60,765 nt of DNA from a virus (taxonomy: Duplodnaviria; Caudoviricetes), in IMG/VR virus record IMGVR_UViG_3300025890_000027, positions 1-60,765 of that record; one strand, 5' to 3'. Made by a program: the position numbers and the translations under genes. Within the stretch, counting starts at the first letter, position 1; each line of letters starts with the position of its first letter. The notes under the pieces are model-generated. The model was not told the DNA's origin. It did no database searches and saw only the letters and a program-made list of their open reading frames with translations. Below are positions 45,684-54,362 of this stretch, piece by piece.

Positions 45684-45854
45684 ATGTCATTCGATACTCT
45701 ATTCAACCTAAATCATCAGCTGGGTGATGAAAACCCACAAGATGATTTTGAAGTCATTCAGTCAATGACAAAAGAAGAATCGCTTGCCTATATTGATGCA
45801 GAAGGAACAATCACAACAGAGGAGATCCTTGCTCTAGCGGATCAATTGAGGTAA
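45684..45854 (+). CDS. Small acidic protein (not in ORF track)
   Basis: 56 aa MSFDTLFNL...ALADQLR fills the gap exactly. Confidence 0.6.
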   Translation: MSFDTLFNLNHQLGDENPQDDFEVIQSMTKEESLAYIDAEGTITTEEILALADQLR

Positions 45855-45918
45855 TACGGAAAAGCTACTTCGGAATCCTAAGAAGCGATTGAATCAGCTC
45901 TTTCTTCTACTAAGTATC

Positions 45919-46272
45919 ATGGCACATTTAAAGAAACTTCCTACATACTTTGTCAAAGGCGATCAGCGTAGGTCCGCTTATTTTACAGTTCAGGCCTCCG
46001 AGCTTTTAGCAAAAGGGTTCGTCGAAGAAGGCGAGAAAGCTGCTACAGCGAAACCTATTGAAAGACAGCCTGAAATTATTGTCGAAGCAGGCTCTACAGC
46101 TTACGACACAACTGACGCTCTTCAGGAGCCCCAGTCGGACGGCGAAACACTGGAAGAAATGACCAAAGCAGAACTATTGGATTGGGCTTTAGATAACGGA
46201 GAAGATTTAAAAAATAACCAACCAAAATCTGAAATCTTTGCTAGATGTAAGGAGATCGAAAATAATCAGTAA
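45919..46272 (+). CDS. Protein with C-terminal HeH/SAP-like motif
   Basis: LEEMTKAELLDWA...KSEI. Confidence 0.65.
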   Translation: MAHLKKLPTYFVKGDQRRSAYFTVQASELLAKGFVEEGEKAATAKPIERQPEIIVEAGSTAYDTTDALQEPQSDGETLEEMTKAELLDWALDNGEDLKNNQPKSEIFARCKEIENNQ

Positions 46273-46302
46273 GTTTTATTAAAAATACAGCAAAGGAAAA
46301 AA

Positions 46303-46488
46303 ATGAGCCACTTCTCTATTGAGCACAGCATTGGACCTCGATATATTGATGGAGTTAACATCGATGCAGACGTTAATGCTACCGTCGATATTAAGGTAAC
46401 AGAGCTGGAGGTATCGGCTGCTGTGACAGGTTTATTCGGGAAGGGATACGAACCAGGTCAGAAAAATAAAGACGGAGGAGACCTATGA
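46303..46488 (+). CDS. Hypothetical protein
   Basis: 61 aa, AAGGA upstream. Confidence 0.6.
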   Translation: MSHFSIEHSIGPRYIDGVNIDADVNATVDIKVTELEVSAAVTGLFGKGYEPGQKNKDGGDL

Positions 46489-46685
46489 TTTCCGCTACCT
46501 GTCATGAATCAAAATGCAAAAAGATACAAAAGGAGGTCCGAGCGCAACTCCTGATTTTTGCAACAGTGAATTACTTATTAGGCTTTGGAACATTTTTTCT
46601 CTTGTTTTACAGTGAGCCGCATCCTTCTTCTGATCTTTTCAAAAACGGGGCAATCCATCCTGTTCTCTTAGTCAAAAGCAAATGA
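46485..46685 (+). CDS. Small membrane protein
   Basis: GGAGGAG RBS, ATGA overlap, one hydrophobic helix. Confidence 0.55.
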   Translation: MISATCHESKCKKIQKEVRAQLLIFATVNYLLGFGTFFLLFYSEPHPSSDLFKNGAIHPVLLVKSK

Positions 46686-46744
46686 GCAAGATTACTCTTA
46701 TTGTTTTTTCAAGGTAAACTAGTAGTGTAATGACTTTTTTGCTG

Positions 46745-47047
46745 ATGCCTGAGTACGTCCTTAGCGCTATGATAGCTGGGCTTCTTGGCTGGGGCGGATT
46801 TACCTGGAGAAAAGCTGAATCTGCAATCCTGGAGGCTCGGTCTGCGACAGATAAAACTGACAGACTTGAACTAAAGGTTGCTGAAAACTACCTAACAAAA
46901 AAAGAGTTTGAGCACTCTATGGATCGTTTATTCAAAACACTCGCAAGATTCGAAGAGAAGCTCGACTATCATGTATACGAGCAGGATCAAACCATTAATC
47001 GTCTGCGTTCTCAGCTTTCTAAGAATAACGACGGAAACCTATTTTGA
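46745..47047 (+). CDS. Membrane-anchored coiled-coil protein (possible lysis accessory)
   Basis: N-terminal hydrophobic helix then ENYLTKKEF...RFEEKLD; start 23 nt after late motif. Confidence 0.65.
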   Translation: MPEYVLSAMIAGLLGWGGFTWRKAESAILEARSATDKTDRLELKVAENYLTKKEFEHSMDRLFKTLARFEEKLDYHVYEQDQTINRLRSQLSKNNDGNLF

Positions 47048-47068
47048 ATTGCTTCGCGTAACTTTCCT

Positions 47069-47389
47069 ATGGCTGCAAAGAAAAGGAAAACAGCGGACTT
47101 TTATAAGTCCAACCCAGAGTCATACAAGAAAAAGCTTGCCTATGACGCAAAGTATAACTCTTCATTATCTAAGAAAAAATATCGAGCTGAACTAGCTAAA
47201 GAGCGAAGAGCTCGCGGCATTATGGGAAAAGGAGGTCCTGATGTTTCTCATGCTAAAGGCGGTAAATTCAAGCTTGAAAATCCTTCAGCGAATCGCGCTC
47301 GAAATGGTCACGGCAAAAACAAACGATTAGCCGAAGGAGGGACTAGACGCAAGTCAAAGCCTGGATATAAGCCTCGGGGTAAAAAATAA
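47069..47389 (+). CDS. Lys/Arg-rich protein
   Basis: 106 aa; DVSH...NPSANRARNG resembles a degenerate HNH-like motif. Confidence 0.7.
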   Translation: MAAKKRKTADFYKSNPESYKKKLAYDAKYNSSLSKKKYRAELAKERRARGIMGKGGPDVSHAKGGKFKLENPSANRARNGHGKNKRLAEGGTRRKSKPGYKPRGKK

Positions 47390-47772
47390 TGACTACTTCA
47401 AAGAAGACAAAGCCCGAACTGTGGTCCAGGAAAGTTTCTGCGGCTAAAAATAAATTTGGCAAATGGTCCGCTCGCGCTGCTCAGTGGGCCACCAAAGAGT
47501 ATAAGAAGGCTGGAGGTAGATACAAAGGAGTCAAGTCTTCAGGTAATTCTTTAAGTAAATGGACGAAACAAAAATGGCGCACTCGCGATGGTAAACCTGC
47601 TAAAAGGAGTGGAGGCACAGCTCGTTATCTACCCGATAAAGCCTGGAAGGGTTTAAGTAAATCCGAAGCAAGAGCTACTGATGCCAAAAAGCGTCAAGGT
47701 GGTCGCAAAGGTAAGGGAACAGTCTCCAACACTCGGAAAGCTATGAAAGCCAGTAAACGCGCAAGGAACTAG
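47389..47772 (+). CDS. Lys/Arg-rich protein
   Basis: GKWSARAAQ...YKKAGG...LSKWTKQKWRT...RYLP. Confidence 0.75.
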   Translation: MTTSKKTKPELWSRKVSAAKNKFGKWSARAAQWATKEYKKAGGRYKGVKSSGNSLSKWTKQKWRTRDGKPAKRSGGTARYLPDKAWKGLSKSEARATDAKKRQGGRKGKGTVSNTRKAMKASKRARN

Positions 47773-47776
47773 TCTT

Positions 47777-47896
47777 ATGCCTCTGATCAACGGTAAAGAG
47801 TTTCCCTACACTAAGAAGGGCAAAGCCGCAGCCAAGAAAGCCGCGGCAAAAAAAGCCACAGCTAAAAAGACTTCAACAAAGAAAGGGGGGAAATGA
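47777..47896 (+). CDS. 39-aa Lys/Ala-rich peptide (not in ORF track)
   Basis: MPLINGKEFPYTKKGKAAAKKAAAKKATAKKTSTKKGGK, overlaps next start. Confidence 0.7.
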   Translation: MPLINGKEFPYTKKGKAAAKKAAAKKATAKKTSTKKGGK

Positions 47897-48189
47897 TGGC
47901 TGGTAACAAAAAAGACTCTAGGCTTGCTAAGAATAACTTGTCTGGTTTCAATAAGCCGAAAAGAACTCCAGGCCATCCAAAAAAAAGTCACGTCGTTCTT
48001 GCAAAAGAAGGCAGCCGAATCAAGCTAATTCGTTTCGGAGAACAAGGAGCCAAGACAGCAGGCAAGCCAAAGAAAGGAGAATCTGCTAGGATGAAAGCTA
48101 AAAGAAAAAGCTTTAAAGCTCGTCATGGGAAAAATATAGCTAAAGGTAAAATGAGTGCAGCCTACTGGGCTAATAAATCTAAATGGTAA
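47893..48189 (+). CDS. Lys/Arg-rich protein
   Basis: NKPKRTP...KSHVVLAK...IRFGEQG...SFKARH...SAAYWA. Confidence 0.75.
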   Translation: MMAGNKKDSRLAKNNLSGFNKPKRTPGHPKKSHVVLAKEGSRIKLIRFGEQGAKTAGKPKKGESARMKAKRKSFKARHGKNIAKGKMSAAYWANKSKW

Positions 48190-48241
48190 CACTTCAAAAA
48201 GGAACACTATGCCGTTAACATCTATCACCTCAAAAGCTACC

Positions 48242-48424
48242 ATGTACAACAGCAAAAAAGACGCTACCAAGGGAAGCACTGCAAAAAAAAGCACCGCTAA
48301 AGGCAAACGAGTCTTGAAAAACGCTCCAAAAAGAGGTTCCGCAAAAAAGCGTAGTCCTGAATTCTTGAAAGGTATAGAAGAACTTAAGAAGCGGGCTGCG
48401 AGTCTAAAAGCTAAGAGCAAGTGA
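48242..48424 (+). CDS. Lys-rich small protein
   Basis: MYNSKKD...; late motif at 48201; start uncertain. Confidence 0.55.
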   Translation: MYNSKKDATKGSTAKKSTAKGKRVLKNAPKRGSAKKRSPEFLKGIEELKKRAASLKAKSK

Positions 48425-48651
48425 CAACTAGGCCTCCTTATCAGAAGCAAAGCATAGCATTTGTTCTACTTGGCGTTTTAATGGTATTTCACCTTGGTTT
48501 TTTGGGGCTTACGGCTAAATACTGCGGGAGCACCTTGGCTGATAAGGAGCCTTCAGAGCAATGCAGTCGCTCAACCGAAAGCTTTCAGAGGGCTTCGGAG
48601 ACTTATGTAGCCATCCTTTTAGCCCTCATGGCTCCCACACCCGGCCAATAG
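48421..48651 (+). CDS. Small two-helix membrane protein
   Basis: 76 aa, two hydrophobic segments, GTGA overlap. Confidence 0.6.
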   Translation: MTTRPPYQKQSIAFVLLGVLMVFHLGFLGLTAKYCGSTLADKEPSEQCSRSTESFQRASETYVAILLALMAPTPGQ

Positions 48652-48655
48652 CCAT

Positions 48656-48853
48656 TCAAGCCCAAGGCCATCCCAGTTCGACGTCTCCTTTCCATAGCTC
48701 TGGGTCAACAGGGTTGACTGCTACAAATTCACGAAAAATTCGCTGCATTTCTTCTAGAGAAATCTCCAATTGATTTGCCATAAGCTTGACATTGCTTTGT
48801 CCCTTGAATAAGACCTGACATGCTTCAAGGTTCGTGATCTTCGGTAAGCTCAT
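48656..48853 (-). CDS. Small HTH-like protein
   Basis: 65 aa; NVKLMANQLEISLEEMQRIF. Confidence 0.6.
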   Translation of the reverse strand: MSLPKITNLEACQVLFKGQSNVKLMANQLEISLEEMQRIFREFVAVNPVDPELWKGDVELGWPWA

Positions 48854-49133
48854 AGGTTAAACCCATCACTCCGCCGAGCGGAGTTTCTCCTTGTTCCTGT
48901 TCCCAGTATACTGGGCTGACCATTTCGACTGGCTTCGAATTCAACTCTTTGATCTGCCGATCAACCTCATTCATGGTTGATTGCGTACGGAACTCAACCC
49001 AAACGTCAAACCATCTATCATGGATTTTCCTCAGCCAGGTATTTGTTCGGTAAAGGCCCCGGTCCCAAAAGCGACGAATCACTTCTACCACTAGGGCCAT
49101 CGTGACCTTTTCGAGGGTCATTCTTTTATTCAT
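48825..49133 (-). CDS. Hypothetical protein
   Basis: 102-aa ORF overlapping both neighbours in a minus-strand operon. Confidence 0.6.
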   Translation of the reverse strand: MNKRMTLEKVTMALVVEVIRRFWDRGLYRTNTWLRKIHDRWFDVWVEFRTQSTMNEVDRQIKELNSKPVEMVSPVYWEQEQGETPLGGVMGLTYELTEDHEP

Positions 49134-49272
49134 CTTTTTCTGGACTGCGAGGAAAGACTTCCCTCAGAACTTCGATAATCTCCTGAACCACTCCATTCCC
49201 TTTCAAGGGAGTGTAGGGAAGAATTTCAGAAAGAACAAGCAATAGCAATGCGGCAGCGGCTGTGAATTCCAT
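49126..49272 (-). CDS. 48-aa membrane peptide, holin candidate (not in ORF track)
   Basis: MEFTAAAALLLLVLSEILPYTPLKGNGVVQEIIEVLREVFPRSPEKDE; minus-strand late motif at 49296-49304. Confidence 0.7.
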   Translation of the reverse strand: MEFTAAAALLLLVLSEILPYTPLKGNGVVQEIIEVLREVFPRSPEKDE

Positions 49273-49358
49273 GGCTTTACTCCGATGTACTCAATTATAT
49301 TACCATCTAACACGATAAGATTGAATAGGCAGCCTACATCATTCTTTTCAGGGATTAG

Positions 49359-50522
49359 ATGAAAACCTCCGACACAGGCCTTTCTCTTATAAAGGAATTC
49401 GAAGGACTTCGTTTAACTTCGTATTATTGTTCAAGTGAAGAATTGACTGTGGGATATGGCAAAACAGGGCCTGAGGTCTACGAGGGAATGACTATAACAA
49501 AATCTCAGGCTGAAACTTTTCTCCTCGAAGATGTTACTTATTTCGAAAAAGCTGTTAACGATCTGGTCGACGTCGACTTAACTCAAAACGAGTTTGATTC
49601 TCTGGTCTCATTTTCTTTCAACTGCGGAGTGTCTTCTTTGAAGGAGTCTACTTTGTTGCGTAGATTAAACGCTAATGAAGAAAAAAATTGCGTTTTTCGC
49701 GAGGAACTCCCTAAGTGGATTAATGGCAATGATGGACCCGTTCCTGGTTTAATAAGAAGAAGGGCTGCCGAATTGGAGCTAGCCATCACCGAACAAGGAG
49801 ATCTTGACTCTACGTTTATTGAAAATGCTATAAAATACTATCAGGGGCTCAGCCATCAGACTAAAGCTTTTGTTGATTTATGGGAGGCGTCTTCAGAAGA
49901 GGACCGGAATGTTTTCGTCAAGACTTACCGTGATCAACCTAAAGGGAAGCCTGCCTTAATAGCGAAGCAGTCTAAAAAGCTTTTTCCTTTGGGTGTGCCC
50001 TATTTCTATCAGCATGACTCCGAGACAGCTAATGGTGGACGAATGTGCTTTACATCATCAATGGCGATGGCCCTGGACTATATTGACCCCGAAAAAATAG
50101 ACGGAGATGATGACTGGTATTTGAGCATAGTATTATACTATGGAGATACAGTATCTAGTGAGGCACAAATCAAGGCAGCTAAATCGCTGGGTTTTGATGC
50201 TAAGTTTAAAATGGATGGAAGGGAAGAAGACCTTTGCGATTTGCTTGACAATGGAATTCCTGTTCCTATTGGCATCTTGCATCATAGTCATATTGACTCT
50301 GGCCCAAGCGGTGGAGGACATTGGATCTGTCTTATAGGTTACGATGAAACATATTTTTACGTGCATGATCCGGCGGGAGAACTTGACTTAATAAATGGAG
50401 GCTACAGTTCTTCTTTTTCTTCAGGCAAAAACTTGCGCTATACTAGGAAAAATTTAATGAAAAGATGGTTGATCTCCAATAATCACGACGGATGGTACGT
50501 TGATCTTTCTTATTTTAGGTAG
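49359..50522 (+). CDS. Endolysin: GH24 lysozyme fused to C39-like peptidase
   Basis: IKEFEGLRL...TVGYG...QNEFDSLVSFSFNCG...GLIRRRAAE; then VPYFYQ...MCFTSS...GGGHW...VHDP. Confidence 0.9.
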   Translation: MKTSDTGLSLIKEFEGLRLTSYYCSSEELTVGYGKTGPEVYEGMTITKSQAETFLLEDVTYFEKAVNDLVDVDLTQNEFDSLVSFSFNCGVSSLKESTLLRRLNANEEKNCVFREELPKWINGNDGPVPGLIRRRAAELELAITEQGDLDSTFIENAIKYYQGLSHQTKAFVDLWEASSEEDRNVFVKTYRDQPKGKPALIAKQSKKLFPLGVPYFYQHDSETANGGRMCFTSSMAMALDYIDPEKIDGDDDWYLSIVLYYGDTVSSEAQIKAAKSLGFDAKFKMDGREEDLCDLLDNGIPVPIGILHHSHIDSGPSGGGHWICLIGYDETYFYVHDPAGELDLINGGYSSSFSSGKNLRYTRKNLMKRWLISNNHDGWYVDLSYFR

Positions 50523-50545
50523 CCTTTTTCGATTCTTTCATTTCC

Positions 50546-50761
50546 ATGCAACAAGTCGTTTTAAGCTATCTACCTGGATACATGTGGTCGCACGGGACTC
50601 TTCTGTCTACGGGAGCAGCTATTCCGCCTACTCAACACATGGACAAGAAAACTGGGGATATTAAGTTCTACGTTCGTCCTTTGTTTCCTTGTGGCTCTAG
50701 CATTGGAATGTTCATTTCAAAAAAAGGAATCATCAGTGCTATTAAACGAGGGCAAGTCTAA
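50546..50761 (+). CDS. Hypothetical protein
   Basis: 71-aa ORF after endolysin; near-match late motif GGTAGCCTT at 50518. Confidence 0.55.
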   Translation: MQQVVLSYLPGYMWSHGTLLSTGAAIPPTQHMDKKTGDIKFYVRPLFPCGSSIGMFISKKGIISAIKRGQV

Positions 50762-51175
50762 CTATTCTTCGTACTCTAGTCCTTCTATTGATTCGACAAG
50801 AGGTTTAAAGTACGAATGAACTGAGACCGAATCCCACTGACATTCTTCGATCAAGCGAACACCTACCATATTCAAGGCTTCTGAATGATCATCTGTCCAG
50901 CTATCATCTGCTTCTGCGCTTTCTTTGATTCGAATAGCTGCTTGCATTAAAGCTAGCTCTAGCTGAACCTTCAGATGTTCTGTTTCGGACTGCTCTTCCT
51001 TTACTCTGTTCCCATCTACTCGCTTCAGTAGCCACATGCATAGATGAGCATAAGTTACTTTATTGAAAGTAAAAACTTTTACAGTTAAGAAAATGAGCAG
51101 ATTTGCGACAAAGTCAGTAACGCCTGCAAATGCAATACAGCTATGAGCTACAAGGTCATAAAGGTAGGTTTTCAT
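50762..51175 (-). CDS. Hypothetical protein
   Basis: 137-aa ORF downstream of helicase. Confidence 0.65.
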   Translation of the reverse strand: MKTYLYDLVAHSCIAFAGVTDFVANLLIFLTVKVFTFNKVTYAHLCMWLLKRVDGNRVKEEQSETEHLKVQLELALMQAAIRIKESAEADDSWTDDHSEALNMVGVRLIEECQWDSVSVHSYFKPLVESIEGLEYEE

Positions 51176-51199
51176 TGTCTTGATCTTTCTATAATCAGT

Positions 51200-52885
51200 T
51201 TACCAGTTTGAAGGGCTGTCCGCTGTTTGATTAGTAAAATCCTGCTTGACAGAGCTGAACTTGTAATCCATAGACAGGATCGACTTGTCGACAAAAGTCT
51301 TCAGGCCTGTGATTTTATTACCACGCCACAATGCTTGTCGCCCCCTGGTCTTACAGTGCCAAAACTCAAGATTGCCGGTCCAATGACGATCGTCCCCACT
51401 TCCTTCCATTTCCTTTCTAACGATCCATACTGCATGACTAACATGAGACAAGGCATCAGTTCCTCTAATCTGATCCAACTTTGGAGTTTCTTTCTGGCTT
51501 AGAGAGTCCATTCCCACACGATTCATCTGAGCTAAAACTATTAAGTCAACTTCTAGCTCTTTAGCGGCATTCATTAATTTGTAAGCACGATCTTCAAGCA
51601 TACCAGCTTCATTGCTAGGAGCGCCTTTATGGCGAGACAGTACGTGAAAATGATCTATTACAACGCAGCGAAGATCAGGGTTTTTTGCTTTCATAGATCG
51701 CATTGAATTGATAACTGAATCAACACAAGCCCCCCAAGGGTCTTCTATTAGTATCTTCCCCCCAGCTTCTTGGATGGCTGCAGCGGCCATCATTAGATTA
51801 GCGCTTACCTTCTCGCGATTACCTGAGGGTGAATCTATGTCACCGACTTCAGCCCAATGAGTATTTGGGTTGCATTGATGAGTGGCAGCGGACCAAAGAC
51901 GTGCATAAATGGCTGCTTTGTCAAGCTCTGCAGAGATAAAGCCGACAGTTAGTCCCTCTTTTGCAAGGTTGACTGCAGCGAAAACGCCCAAAATAGTCTT
52001 TCCTACACCAGTACGAGCGGCCAAAGAGAAAAGGCGACCACCCGCTGACTGTCCAGGAACACGAACGCCTCCCTCCATGTCGATATCCATAGCAGTCATT
52101 CCGGTGCTGATAGGTTTAGCCTGCTCCCGAGCGTTCATTATCTGATCGATCAGTGAGACTCGGCCATCCTTAGGACTAACAAGGTCTTCTACTGCATCGA
52201 CAGCATTCCCTTGACTCCCTACCGAGCCTCGAAGCATTCCCAGGCAGGTCATTAGCTCCTGTTGTTGGGCTTCAATAGCTTTTTCCAGCTTAGTATCCGA
52301 TTTTATTGCCTGGCCTCCAATATGTTGAGCATCTTTAAATGTTGCTCGTGCTCTCGCTTGACGAAGGAGATCTATAGCAACAGCCCACTCCGACTCAGCA
52401 TCCCCATAAGTACGCATCGTTTCGCGTTGACTTAAGTTGGCAACTGTCTGATTAAAACTTAAAGCTGAGATCGTCGGATTACGAGTAAATGACTCAATCA
52501 ACGTTTGAGGATTTATTATTGATGCTCCGTCAGCAGTACCATTGTAAATCATGTCGATTTGAGTGCCAATAGCGCAAAAAGCCTCCGACGACCAAAGCTG
52601 TGTAGGGAGTTCTTGGCCATGTCCAATACCTACGCCACAACGGAGGTCTGCCCATAGCTCTCTTGCCTTTCCTGAAGGGCTAGTCAATATACGGCAAAGC
52701 ACGATGGCTTCTTGATCTTGAGTATTGTCTTTCTCTGCCATCGTTGATGGTTGAATCTTCTCGATAATTCGACTAAGGCCTAAGACTGTTTCAACTTCGT
52801 CCTTTTGGCAGCCAACAATTCGTCCGTCTTCGGCCTCAAGTAGTCCAAGGTCAACAGCTTTCTGTATGTAGAAAGGGAAGGTCAT
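51200..52885 (-). CDS. dnaB: DnaB-like replicative helicase
   Basis: Walker A AARTGVGKT, FISAEL, VVIDHFH, LAQMNR. Confidence 0.85.
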   Translation of the reverse strand: MTFPFYIQKAVDLGLLEAEDGRIVGCQKDEVETVLGLSRIIEKIQPSTMAEKDNTQDQEAIVLCRILTSPSGKARELWADLRCGVGIGHGQELPTQLWSSEAFCAIGTQIDMIYNGTADGASIINPQTLIESFTRNPTISALSFNQTVANLSQRETMRTYGDAESEWAVAIDLLRQARARATFKDAQHIGGQAIKSDTKLEKAIEAQQQELMTCLGMLRGSVGSQGNAVDAVEDLVSPKDGRVSLIDQIMNAREQAKPISTGMTAMDIDMEGGVRVPGQSAGGRLFSLAARTGVGKTILGVFAAVNLAKEGLTVGFISAELDKAAIYARLWSAATHQCNPNTHWAEVGDIDSPSGNREKVSANLMMAAAAIQEAGGKILIEDPWGACVDSVINSMRSMKAKNPDLRCVVIDHFHVLSRHKGAPSNEAGMLEDRAYKLMNAAKELEVDLIVLAQMNRVGMDSLSQKETPKLDQIRGTDALSHVSHAVWIVRKEMEGSGDDRHWTGNLEFWHCKTRGRQALWRGNKITGLKTFVDKSILSMDYKFSSVKQDFTNQTADSPSNW

Positions 52886-52895
52886 ATAAAAAATG

Positions 52896-53825
52896 TCAAG
52901 GGAGATAGTAAAGAGCTTTTTGGTTCATCTTCCCGGACCAAAAAACGGGTTTGCCGTCTGCATAATAAACGCGAGCCGTCGTCCTGTCAACTTTTTCAGA
53001 TTTTCTTAGAATCGCCTGCTCTTTTTCTTGACCTTCATTCCAGTCAGAAACTTCATGAACTTCAATATTTTGAACGGGAAAGCCTTTAGCAGTGTACCAG
53101 TCCAGAAAATCTGCTTCTTTCCCAGCAAAAGCAGCACTTTTTGCTTCTTTAGTCTGTCCTTGCTTGTAGAGCTTTTCTACACTTTGGAACTTTTTATCTT
53201 CGATCTCTGCCGAATAGCCAAAGATGTTTGAAACTTTAAAAGTTTTAGAAGACCACCAGGTGTCAGCCTTCAAGCCGCGGCAAATAGCCTTAACGAAGTC
53301 TTCGTAACATTCTCGCCCAATCTTCAATCGTTTGGCTTGAATTTCTACGGCAATCCATGTAGCGGGATTCATAGCGCTGCGTTCTTCTACGTAGCTTTCA
53401 GGTTTAAAGCTGTTCCAAGTCTTAACAAAAACGGCCTTAGCTTCTTTTTCGTTGACTTGATTGACCCGACGAGGCTCAGCCTTCATCTCATCTGCGATTG
53501 TTTGCTCCTTCTTTTCAGCGACCTTCGGTAGCGTCTTCTTGGATATTGGTTCAGACGGAACAACCAAGTGAAGGTCGTCATCTCGCTTAATAAGTAGTCC
53601 AGCCTCTTTCAGATCCTTCATTACTCGAAAAAGAGCCGAGCGATTATAGCCTAGGGTCTCAGCTATCGTCTCTATATTTCTATAGCTTCGAGAGTACTCT
53701 CCATGATCCAAGCTAGCCAACCTAATCCACGCTCTTTCCATCGCTGGACTTAGATTCGCAGCAAAAACAGCATTTGGAACCCTTGTAAAGCTTTCGGAGG
53801 CACTGTCCAGTCGGACTACTCTCAT
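52896..53825 (-). CDS. Putative replication initiator (N-terminal HTH)
   Basis: FTRVPN...IETIAETLGYNRSALFRVMKDLKEAGLL; directly upstream of helicase. Confidence 0.7.
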   Translation of the reverse strand: MRVVRLDSASESFTRVPNAVFAANLSPAMERAWIRLASLDHGEYSRSYRNIETIAETLGYNRSALFRVMKDLKEAGLLIKRDDDLHLVVPSEPISKKTLPKVAEKKEQTIADEMKAEPRRVNQVNEKEAKAVFVKTWNSFKPESYVEERSAMNPATWIAVEIQAKRLKIGRECYEDFVKAICRGLKADTWWSSKTFKVSNIFGYSAEIEDKKFQSVEKLYKQGQTKEAKSAAFAGKEADFLDWYTAKGFPVQNIEVHEVSDWNEGQEKEQAILRKSEKVDRTTARVYYADGKPVFWSGKMNQKALYYLP

Positions 53826-53862
53826 AAAGGTCTAGGTTGAAGTCTTTTCACTCTAGCAGAAG

Positions 53863-53995
53863 AGTCTCAGAATTGCAACGCTTTTGTTGCAGTAACGAGA
53901 GTCCCAATAACGAGACTATTTTGGTGCTGTTTCTGGACTTTCTTAGTCGCAGTTTCAGGACTCCTCTTATATCTAATACTTAAAAAGATCCATTA
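53863..53995. other. Candidate replication origin (iteron-like repeats plus AT-rich tract)
   Basis: 18-mers ending GACT at 53900, 53922, 53945, followed by AT-rich DNA; next to initiator gene. Confidence 0.5.
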
Positions 53996-54000
53996 AGCCT

Positions 54001-54321
54001 TTGGAACGAATTTCAAGAATCAAAAAAGACCAAGCTAGAGTGGCTTACGCTGAAGGAGGTAGAGCCATGGGGCGGCAAATTCTTTACGACCCATTAGCCG
54101 AAAGCCGACTCTGGAAAATGGTTGGCAGCTTGAAGCTGTGGCCTAGGTGGTACCTAAAAGCTTTCGCTCGACTCTATGCCGAAGAAAATCCTTCAGAATA
54201 TGAACGAATCAGAAAGAGAAAATACCGTCAGCATAAAACGAAAGAGACGGGCCTCAAGAGGCTGAATGAAACCAGGGAACAAGCGATCCAGGACTTAGGT
54301 CAACCATCTCGCGATCAGTGA
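54001..54321 (+). CDS. Hypothetical protein
   Basis: 106-aa ORF; start uncertain. Confidence 0.5.
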   Translation: MERISRIKKDQARVAYAEGGRAMGRQILYDPLAESRLWKMVGSLKLWPRWYLKAFARLYAEENPSEYERIRKRKYRQHKTKETGLKRLNETREQAIQDLGQPSRDQ

Positions 54322-54323
54322 GC

Positions 54324-54332
54324 TGCTAGACT
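54324..54332 (+). promoter_or_regulatory. Extended -10 promoter TGnTAnnnT (one of seven in the replication block)
   Basis: TGCTAGACT; related boxes at 55136, 55982, 56490, 58282, 59165 and 53850 (minus). Confidence 0.7.
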
Positions 54333-54362
54333 GAAAAGGCAAACCTCTAGAAGGAACCGAAA

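Noticed and set aside
13374-46744. Longest-ORF starts at 13374, 23404, 34220, 45889, 46730 (also 5125 and 55100)
   Set aside because: They overlap or crowd promoter motifs or upstream genes; downstream starts fit the usual spacing and paralog N-termini better
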